Of a DNA stretch of 64,000 nucleotides, positions 29,357-35,781 are shown piece by piece. The notes under the pieces were generated by a model that was given only the letters and a program-made list of their open reading frames with translations, was not told where the DNA came from and searched no databases. This DNA comes from a virus: positions 43,382 through 107,381 of IMG/VR virus record IMGVR_UViG_3300030012_002034. One strand, 5' to 3'. The stretch's first letter is position 1; the number at the start of each line of letters is the position of its first letter. Both the position numbers and the translations under genes were made by a program.

Positions 29357-29367
29357 TAATATACAAA
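29357..29367 (-). promoter_or_regulatory. late-type motif TTTGTATATTA (5/5)
   Basis: 29 nt upstream of ATG 29327. Confidence 0.6.
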
Positions 29368-29379
29368 AAAATTTTGATA

Positions 29380-29772
29380 TTATCCTATACTACTTTTGAG
29401 TTCTTCTGGCCATAATTGAACTATCTCGTAGTTTCTATCAAATAATTTAGCCGAAGTTTCCCGCATTCCGTAAGAACTAGCAATCAAATCTACCGTATCT
29501 TTTTCAAAAAACTTACATGAGTAAACATCTAACTGATAATCTAGACTTTCATCCCATGTATGAACTGCAATATGAGATGTAGTAATTATACCAACACCAG
29601 ATACTCCTGGATGATCATTTGGTTCATACCCTACAACAGGATTTATAGGCATTGTCTTGACATACTGCATATCAAGTGCCTCAACTAAATTATTTATTAA
29701 ACTAGTTACTTCTTCAATAGTTAAAGATTTATCTAGAGTTCCTTTAGATACAAGATGTTTATGATTAAGCAT
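29380..29772 (-). CDS. stand-alone pyruvoyl-dependent SpeD/AdoMetDC-family decarboxylase (possibly Arg/Orn decarboxylase)
   Basis: Likely start MLNHKHL at 29772; GVSGVGIITT|SHIAVHTW self-cleavage motif; LDVYSCK. Confidence 0.85.
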   Translation of the reverse strand: MLNHKHLVSKGTLDKSLTIEEVTSLINNLVEALDMQYVKTMPINPVVGYEPNDHPGVSGVGIITTSHIAVHTWDESLDYQLDVYSCKFFEKDTVDLIASSYGMRETSAKLFDRNYEIVQLWPEELKSSIG

Positions 29773-29846
29773 ATTAATAATTTTAGAAAAGGGCCGCCAA
29801 CTAGAGCAGCCCTTCAGGAAGAATATGAAAATATATTTGAACATCA

Positions 29847-29874
29847 CAAATATAATAACTTTTTTTGTATACAA
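29847..29874 (-). promoter_or_regulatory. host-type promoter TTG-N17-TATATTTG for the SpeD homologue
   Basis: TAnnTTTG at 29854-29847. Confidence 0.45.
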
Positions 29875-29910
29875 CGGTATATGGAAAAATAATGTGCAAT
29901 AAGTTGTAGT

Positions 29911-30072
29911 GGGTATTATATAACAATACCCCCCTGCCACCACCCCTCTGGCCTACCCCCCTTGCTTGGCATGGCCAACACACAAAATCTGACTACACAA
30001 AATAAAAAAAATTTCTGCAGGGAAAGTTTGCCTTCCCTCTCCCACACACAGGCCCTCACACCTCCAACCCTC
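29911..30072. other. C-rich divergence region; candidate genome terminus/packaging or origin region
   Basis: Non-coding GC-rich stretch in an AT-rich genome, at the switch from minus-strand late genes to plus-strand early genes. Confidence 0.4.
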
Positions 30073-30090
30073 AGACCTCTCTGAATTGAT
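30073..30090 (+). promoter_or_regulatory. early motif RGAC(C/A)TCTCTNAATTRAT (1/5)
   Basis: AGACCTCTCTGAATTGAT. Confidence 0.7.
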
Positions 30091-30112
30091 TGTAAATATA
30101 AAACTTATAATT

Positions 30113-30250
30113 ATGATTTCAATTTATTTAATTAAGAGATATAATCTCACATTACCTTCTGACAAGGTCAAAGCAGTTATTGCCGGTGTATGTTTATCTG
30201 CACCAATAGTAATACCTACAGTTCTAGTACTAACCGGAATAATACTATAA
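30113..30250 (+). CDS. small early membrane protein (45 aa)
   Basis: Hand translation MISIYLIKRYNLTLPSDKVKAVIAGVCLSAPIVIPTVLVLTGIIL. Confidence 0.55.
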   Translation: MISIYLIKRYNLTLPSDKVKAVIAGVCLSAPIVIPTVLVLTGIIL

Positions 30251-30253
30251 GCC

Positions 30254-30475
30254 ATGAGATATAAAAGATTAAAACTAATAGTATTTAAGCATCTATGTTT
30301 CTTACTTAGTGTGTTATATATGGTAGCATCTATATTCTGCTGGATGGAAATAGCAGTTACTGAACCAAGATATACTACTGATGCAAGTCTAATAGTTGCA
30401 TTTGTAACAATGCTTCTTGCTGCTGTTTCCTGGTTAGGATTTATGGAATGTAGAACTAAACTACAGAAGCTATGA
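30254..30475 (+). CDS. small early two-TM protein
   Basis: 73 aa, two hydrophobic helices. Confidence 0.6.
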   Translation: MRYKRLKLIVFKHLCFLLSVLYMVASIFCWMEIAVTEPRYTTDASLIVAFVTMLLAAVSWLGFMECRTKLQKL

Positions 30476-30540
30476 ATGATATAGCTACTATTATCCTGGT
30501 ATCAATTCTGCTATACTCACAGTATAAACTAAATAATAAG

Positions 30541-30569
30541 TACGGAGACTAGATCTCTGTATTTTTTTT
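30541..30569 (+). terminator. intrinsic terminator
   Basis: TACGGAGA-CTAGA-TCTCTGTA + T8. Confidence 0.7.
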
Positions 30570-30587
30570 AGACCTCTCTGAATTAAT
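30570..30587 (+). promoter_or_regulatory. early motif (2/5)
   Basis: AGACCTCTCTGAATTAAT. Confidence 0.7.
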
Positions 30588-30611
30588 AGGGAACTTTAAA
30601 TTTATAAAATT

Positions 30612-30821
30612 ATGATATCCGCATTTATTATTGACATGATTAGAGAATATGAAAATGAATTAGATCTTCCGCAAGAAGAAAGATACACTGATAGTGATTT
30701 CTTCTATATGGAGATGCAACAAGCTGATGCTATATTACGCCAGCTTAAAGCAAAGATTGCAGAAGAACAGCACTATGCTGATCAGATGCTAATGATTCAA
30801 AGCATAATTTCTAAGTTCTAA
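30612..30821 (+). CDS. early hypothetical protein
   Basis: 69 aa between motif and terminator. Confidence 0.65.
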   Translation: MISAFIIDMIREYENELDLPQEERYTDSDFFYMEMQQADAILRQLKAKIAEEQHYADQMLMIQSIISKF

Positions 30822-30827
30822 TAAAGA

Positions 30828-30853
30828 GTCCTCTGTATAGAGGATTTTTTTTT
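30828..30853 (+). terminator. intrinsic terminator
   Basis: GTCCTCT-GTAT-AGAGGAT + T-run. Confidence 0.7.
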
Positions 30854-30856
30854 GGA

Positions 30857-30874
30857 GGACCTCTCTTAATTAAT
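30857..30874 (+). promoter_or_regulatory. early motif (3/5)
   Basis: GGACCTCTCTTAATTAAT. Confidence 0.7.
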
Positions 30875-30898
30875 AGTAACTTATAAATTATATATATT

Positions 30899-31207
30899 AT
30901 GCAAAATTTTTATTTAAAGTATGATTGCACACAGCTATCTAAAGGACATGGAATACATCGTAAAGGCCCTAATGCAATAGAAGCAAGTACAGTTTTGAAT
31001 GAGATTATACCATTTTATGCAAACTTAAAAAGGACACTTGAGTTCTCCAGAAAGCGGGGAAATAAACTTGCAGTACGTGTTATATCTAACCATGATAACT
31101 TCAGAGTTGTTGATATTGAATTAATAGGTGATGATTGGCACTATAAATGGAGGTTTGGTCTTGACATAGAACTATGGTCTTTCTTACCGGAAATACAAGA
31201 GGGTTAA
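30899..31207 (+). CDS. early hypothetical protein
   Basis: 102 aa. Confidence 0.65.
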   Translation: MQNFYLKYDCTQLSKGHGIHRKGPNAIEASTVLNEIIPFYANLKRTLEFSRKRGNKLAVRVISNHDNFRVVDIELIGDDWHYKWRFGLDIELWSFLPEIQEG

Positions 31208-31275
31208 TACCCTTTTGTTTTCCAACCAACTTGGGGAGCATATATGCCCGTTTGTGCAAAGGCGCAAGAGACTAA

Positions 31276-31319
31276 AAATTTTATTCTAAAATTTGGCTTT
31301 TAGACATCTCTTAATTGAT
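31276..31319 (+). promoter_or_regulatory. hairpin + early motif (4/5)
   Basis: AAATTTTA-TTC-TAAAATTT then AGACATCTCTTAATTGAT (31302-31319). Confidence 0.7.
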
Positions 31320-31349
31320 AGGAATTATTAATCATTTAAATTTACAATT

Positions 31350-31718
31350 ATGGCAAAGCCTAAATTTGAAAGCGTTACTTTAAGTAACGGCACACCCGCT
31401 AAAGTAGCGCAGGTATCAGCAGAGTTAATCTCAATTAATGAGAATGACATTTATGAAAACAAGAATGGTACTCAGTACCGCCTTTGTACAATCAAGTTTG
31501 ATAACGGTAATAAAGTTATGACTCCTGGTGCAATGATGTATGAGAGTAACTACCAGAAAGGCGTTACTGTCGGTAGCCATTATCTTGCAGAAATTACATT
31601 AACTGCTGATAATGACCCGCTATTTATTTGCTCTGCATTGTCTCAAAGACAGTCAGTATCTAACAGTGACTTTGATGTAGAAGTTACTGCTGCTGATTTC
31701 TCTGAAGCAGGCAAATAA
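31350..31718 (+). CDS. early protein, possible OB-fold ssDNA-binding protein
   Basis: Beta-rich, NKNGTQY hairpin, acidic tail; flanked by motif and terminator. Confidence 0.45.
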   Translation: MAKPKFESVTLSNGTPAKVAQVSAELISINENDIYENKNGTQYRLCTIKFDNGNKVMTPGAMMYESNYQKGVTVGSHYLAEITLTADNDPLFICSALSQRQSVSNSDFDVEVTAADFSEAGK

Positions 31719-31728
31719 ACCTACACAC

Positions 31729-31758
31729 AAAAGACAGACTAATACTCTGTCTTTTTTT
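31729..31758 (+). terminator. intrinsic terminator
   Basis: AAAAGACAGA...TCTGTCTTTTTTT. Confidence 0.75.
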
Positions 31759-31769
31759 CTACCTTAGAA

Positions 31770-31817
31770 AAATTCTTTATTCTAAAGAATTTGGCTTAAA
31801 GACATCTCTAAATTGAT
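31770..31817 (+). promoter_or_regulatory. hairpin + early motif (5/5)
   Basis: AAATTCTTTA-TTC-TAAAGAATTT then AGACATCTCTAAATTGAT (31800-31817). Confidence 0.7.
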
Positions 31818-31819
31818 TA

Positions 31820-32036
31820 TGTGTAGGTAGTGTTAACGGTTTTATAAGAAAACACGCAAGAGTTTAAAAGAACATGTAATATTTTACAAAGTTTTATAAA
31901 CATTTGTGTGTTGTTAACACAGTAGGAGTCAAACAACCCTTCTTTCTTAGGCTTAAAGCTTAAAAAAGAATTGTTATAGCTCATTATATATTATATATAG
32001 CTATTCTTTGGTTGACAATAGCTATTTGCCTACACA
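31820..32036 (+). ncRNA. putative structured ncRNA A (about 217 nt)
   Basis: Closing helix TGTGTAGGTA/TGCCTACACA; nested GTGTTAAC/GTTAACAC, ACACGCAAG/TTTGTGTGT, TGTAA/TTACA; no ORF. Confidence 0.5.
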
Positions 32037-32125
32037 CATTAGTCTATCTATCACTATATACATTACTTATGTAATCTCTTATAGTATCTTATATAGTTTC
32101 ATAGACTTATTCACCGGACTTAAAT

Positions 32126-32260
32126 AAAATAACAGCATTAGATGTAGGAGTGAAACTCTCATACCAACAATCTATAAAGTCTTGCATTAAAGCATGTAAA
32201 AGAACTTTAACTGACAGTACAATCTAAAGTAAATGACCTTAGTGGTATGGCTGTTATATT
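32126..32260 (+). ncRNA. putative structured ncRNA B
   Basis: Closing ATAACAGC/GCTGTTAT; internal TAGAT/ATCTA, GAGT/ACTC, TAAAGT/ACTTTA, TTGCAT/ATGTAA. Confidence 0.4.
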
Positions 32261-32325
32261 TATTCACCGGATTAATTCTATAATGGTTCGCAATTAAATA
32301 TTTATTAACCATTAAAATTTTTATT

Positions 32326-32535
32326 ATGAAAATTAAAATAGAATTAGAGATTACTGATACTCAACTTCAGAATGTAGACAATGTTAATACTCTTATGAGT
32401 TTCTTAGCTAATGATCTATATACTAAAGAACCTGATTTGTATAATTATATACATAGGCTCGGTGCAAACTGGGCTGATCAGCAGGCTAAAGAGTATCATG
32501 ATGCTCATTTTTATGACTGTGACTGCTATCGTTAG
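32326..32535 (+). CDS. hypothetical protein
   Basis: 69 aa with AT-rich leader. Confidence 0.6.
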   Translation: MKIKIELEITDTQLQNVDNVNTLMSFLANDLYTKEPDLYNYIHRLGANWADQQAKEYHDAHFYDCDCYR

Positions 32536-32599
32536 TAGTCATATGTCATTCACCGGATTAATAGTGTGTCAATAGATTGCACACTGTTATATTATTATT

Positions 32600-32678
32600 G
32601 GAGTGAGGGAGGACAGTTATACTTCGGTCACTGACTGGATACACAAACCCTGCAGGTCTTAGCCGTGTACCTCACTCT
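32600..32678 (+). ncRNA. putative three-way-junction RNA C
   Basis: GAGTGAGG/CCTCACTC; CAGTTA/TGACTG with C(UUCG)G loop; TACAC/GTGTA. Confidence 0.45.
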
Positions 32679-32706
32679 ATTAATTTAACAAATTAAATTA
32701 ACACTT

Positions 32707-32862
32707 ATGAAACAAATTACGCATTACTTATTTGCTGTACTCTTATTGGGTACACTTACTTCAGTATTTTCTTCCGGAGATTCATTCTCGCTTGGAAAGT
32801 CCTTAGTTATTTATGGATTTTGGGCGCTTATGTTATCTCCTATGACAATTAAAAACGTTTAA
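32707..32862 (+). CDS. small two-TM protein (51 aa)
   Basis: Hand translation MKQITHYLFAVLLLGTLTSVFSSGDSFSLGKSLVIYGFWALMLSPMTIKNV. Confidence 0.55.
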   Translation: MKQITHYLFAVLLLGTLTSVFSSGDSFSLGKSLVIYGFWALMLSPMTIKNV

Positions 32863-32867
32863 CTATT

Positions 32868-32990
32868 ATGAAAAAGATTATAATTACTCAAAAAGAAATC
32901 CAGGACGCTATGAAACATAGAGTTCAAAGGAACAAAAAAAAGTATTACCGGAAGGTAAAACACAAAGGTGCTTCTAAAGAGGCACAATGA
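32868..32990 (+). CDS. small basic protein (40 aa), ArfA-like motif
   Basis: MKKIIITQKEIQDAMKHRVQRNKKKYYRKVKHKGASKEAQ. Confidence 0.55.
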   Translation: MKKIIITQKEIQDAMKHRVQRNKKKYYRKVKHKGASKEAQ

Positions 32991-33049
32991 CATTTGGTGT
33001 TTATCTATAGCTTGCTATAGTATAAGCATCTCATGACCTTATGGTCATG

Positions 33050-33838
33050 CGGTTGCTCTCAAACCGTTAAGATAAACCAGTAATGGTATAAATCTGTAGT
33101 CGTCTTGGTAATAAGACTACGGAGATATGTATAGCTTGCTATATGTATTTTATAGAAGAGTATTCCAATATCCATGTAACGGCAGCAATAAATCCCACGG
33201 GTTTGTGAGTTGCATGGAGAGTATGACAGGCATGCTCTTGAGCTTAAAAGGCAATAAGAATTGGGATAGATATTGGTACTATGGTGTTGTCGCACTTAGA
33301 GCTGGTATTAGAATTTGTATTTAGAATGCTGTAAGAAATTACGTGTTCACATAAATATTTATTTAGTTAGTAGCCTTGACAAGCAAAAGCAGGTAGGAGT
33401 AGTAATCTAAACTTCCCAAAAGGAAGCATGATTACATAAACTCTAAGCGCCTTCTATCACTAACCTGAAACCTTTTTCAGCCATTAGATTGGCAAGTTTA
33501 ATTTAAATATCAAGTAATAACTTAAAAGCAAAATTAGTTTAGAGACTATTGTGATGCCACTAAAGGCAACAATGTTCTTATCCTTCTGCAATATGGAGGC
33601 ATGGATAGCTCGCAAGGCTTGCCATGAAGGAATCCAGTAGTATCTGTAGTGAGGGGACACCCTCTTTAGCTCGTAAGGCATGCGGTATGAAAGTGAACTT
33701 ATGTAAACAATAGTAGTGATGGCGGACATCTTAATCCGTGAACATGTACAGTACAAATTAGAAATAGTTTGTGTGAGATAGTTGGAGAAATCCTAATTAA
33801 TCTGTACGTAAAAGGTCAAGCTCTCAGCCTTTTTTTTT
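33050..33838 (+). ncRNA. large ornate ncRNA, GOLLD-like (about 790 nt)
   Basis: No credible ORF; dense hairpins with GUAA, GCAA, GAAA and G(CUUG)C loops; ends AAAAGG...CTCTCAGCCTTTTTTTT; size and 3' end fit my recollection of GOLLD. Confidence 0.6.
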
Positions 33839-33885
33839 ATATCAGAACAATTATTAATCAATTAAAGTTAAAGACGCATAAGCTT

Positions 33886-34350
33886 ATGAAAAAAGAATTA
33901 GCAATTATTGTAGATGTTGACGGGACGTTAGCAGATATGAGAGGTATTAGAGGACCTTTTGAGTGGGACAAAGTTCACCTTGATAGACCCCATCAAGATA
34001 TTATTGATCTTGTTAAAGATTTAGCAGATGCTGGTACAGATATAATGTCAGGTGATGCTTTAGCGGGAACGGAATACAAATATAAAATCATTATTACTAC
34101 AGGTAGAGATGGTGTTTGTGAACAAGCAACTAAAAAATGGTTAGATGACCATAAAGTACCTTATTATGATTTCTTTATTAGAAAAGCAGGTGACTTTAGA
34201 AAAGATAACATCATTAAGTCTGAGATCTATATGGATCATATTAGACCTAAGTATGATGTTAAGTATGTTATTGATGACAGAAACCAGGTTGTTGAAATGT
34301 GGAGGTCATTAGGTTTACGGGTGTTACAAGTAGCACCAGGAAATTTTTAA
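33886..34350 (+). CDS. HAD-family polynucleotide 3'-phosphatase (T4 PNK phosphatase-like domain)
   Basis: Start MKKELAIIVDVDGTLAD; TGR, R..GDFRKD..IK, DDR.QVV.MWR. Confidence 0.85.
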   Translation: MKKELAIIVDVDGTLADMRGIRGPFEWDKVHLDRPHQDIIDLVKDLADAGTDIMSGDALAGTEYKYKIIITTGRDGVCEQATKKWLDDHKVPYYDFFIRKAGDFRKDNIIKSEIYMDHIRPKYDVKYVIDDRNQVVEMWRSLGLRVLQVAPGNF

Positions 34351-34518
34351 GGGGTTGAAGAGTGTAAGTCCAGACGTGGCAGTATCAACATAATAGAGAG
34401 TAAAACATTTGCGTACTCACTCTCTTCCTTACACACTAGTAAGCAATTCTTGTGCTTTAAACAAGATAGGTTTTAATACTTGTACCTGAACAAGTATTTT
34501 TTTTACTATCTTTACAAC

Positions 34519-34755
34519 ATGTTATACTTTAAAAGAGCAAAGAAAGGCAAGTATGAAGTCACTCAAATTACAAAAGGAGTGGTTAACTTTGTATACTCCG
34601 TTAATGCTAGCAATGAGAAAGAAGCTTTAGAACAAATAGAAAATAAAGTTAATGATCCTAACTTTGAACCTCTAGAAGAAGCTGATAGAATTGAAGCCCA
34701 TCCAGACTATGAAAGTACTTCAACTTATAAAGTAACAGAAGTTAAAAAAGATTAA
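34519..34755 (+). CDS. hypothetical protein
   Basis: Likely start MLYFKRAKK. Confidence 0.55.
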   Translation: MLYFKRAKKGKYEVTQITKGVVNFVYSVNASNEKEALEQIENKVNDPNFEPLEEADRIEAHPDYESTSTYKVTEVKKD

Positions 34756-34779
34756 AACTACCATTTAAATTATATATTT

Positions 34780-35091
34780 ATGAAACACTTAATTAAAAGA
34801 GTAAGGAAATTCTTTGCTCCTAATCCAGAGATGGACGTAAAATATCTTCAGGAAAAGATAAAAAGACTTGAGAATGATTTAGCAATGTTTGATTATAACT
34901 ATTATCAAATGCATATTGAAAGAGGAACAGCAGATACTTCTACTCTTGACATGCTAAAAGAACAAGCACAATTTCATGTTGTTAATCATATAGAATTATT
35001 ATCTAGAGCAAGAGTTATTAGACTAAAAAAAAGATTAATACTTTTTATTGTATTTATTAATATTATGTTATTAATCTCTTTAATATTTTAA
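34780..35091 (+). CDS. hypothetical protein with C-terminal TM
   Basis: 103 aa. Confidence 0.55.
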   Translation: MKHLIKRVRKFFAPNPEMDVKYLQEKIKRLENDLAMFDYNYYQMHIERGTADTSTLDMLKEQAQFHVVNHIELLSRARVIRLKKRLILFIVFINIMLLISLIF

Positions 35092-35093
35092 TT

Positions 35094-35270
35094 ATGGCAA
35101 AGAAAGAAAAATTAAAATACTTTATTGTAGGATTTAGACTAGGAGCTATGCCTAAAGTTAAAAAGTTTATGATGCCGGGGAAGCATCATGAGAGAGGACC
35201 ATATTGGTTTGATCATTATAATGAAGGCTTACTTACACAGATCAGAGATTATAGACGTAGAAATACCTAA
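35094..35270 (+). CDS. small hypothetical protein (58 aa)
   Basis: Hand translation MAKKEKLKYFIVGFRLGAMPKVKKF... Confidence 0.5.
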   Translation: MAKKEKLKYFIVGFRLGAMPKVKKFMMPGKHHERGPYWFDHYNEGLLTQIRDYRRRNT

Positions 35271-35428
35271 CTAAAGATAGTATGTTCTCAAGAATGTACT
35301 TTTCCTGAATGAAATATGGGGGATAAACGTCCCCCATTTTCAAAGAATAGCTATATAGTGGCAAATATTTAATGTTTAAACTAATATTTCTGCATAAAAT
35401 ATAATATATTTACGTCTACTATAATGAG

Positions 35429-35692
35429 ATGCAGTATCAGTTACCAAATGGCAAGGTTGTTTACTTGAGCATTGAGGAGTTTTTAAACCTCACAGATCAA
35501 GACATCCAATATCTTATGGCTATGAATGCTGGTGATTATGTTCATAATCCTTTTCAAGGTTCTGCAATTAGTAGAAAATCTATTCCAAGTTTTGGTACAA
35601 ATGATGATGATATTATTAAAGATATTGATGATGATGATCTTAGAAATATTGATCTCAATAATCTAGATGATATAGAAGATCTTTTGAAATAA
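35429..35692 (+). CDS. hypothetical protein with acidic tail
   Basis: MQYQLPNGKVVYLSIEEFL. Confidence 0.65.
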   Translation: MQYQLPNGKVVYLSIEEFLNLTDQDIQYLMAMNAGDYVHNPFQGSAISRKSIPSFGTNDDDIIKDIDDDDLRNIDLNNLDDIEDLLK

Positions 35693-35708
35693 TAGTAATA
35701 ACTATTCT

Positions 35709-35751
35709 TACTCTTGATGTGAGCAGTCAAGAGTATAGTAAGTTCTGCTCA
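35709..35751 (+). promoter_or_regulatory. H-type RNA pseudoknot in 5' leader
   Basis: S1 TACTCTTGA/TCAAGAGTA (9 bp), S2 TGAGCAG/CTGCTCA (7 bp), L1 2 nt, L3 9 nt. Confidence 0.65.
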
Positions 35752-35781
35752 ATCAATTATTTATTTATTAACCTTTAAATT

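Larger units (their letters stand above)
32108..32563 (+). repeat. three copies of ATTCACCGGA(C)TTAA
   Basis: 32108-32123, 32261-32276, 32548-32563. Confidence 0.8.

Noticed and set aside
29773-29983. N-terminal extension of the SpeD homologue and ORF 29801-29983
   Set aside because: They run through the promoter and G-tract region; family similarity starts at Met 29772
32108-32563. CRISPR mini-array
   Set aside because: Repeats are only about 15 bp with very unequal spacing (about 137 and 271 nt), one interval contains a gene, and no cas genes are present
32600-32678. Hammerhead ribozyme or c-di-GMP-I riboswitch
   Set aside because: Lacks the CUGANGA/GAAA core and the GNRA-receptor architecture; only superficial resemblance
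33059-33756. ORF-track ORFs 33059-33295, 33127-33324, 33484-33756 and the 33769 extension
   Set aside because: Atypical composition and overlap with a densely base-paired RNA; the phosphatase more plausibly starts at 33886
34351-34435. Possible small structured RNA after the phosphatase gene
   Set aside because: Only a partial GAAGAG/CTCTTC closing stem; too weak to call
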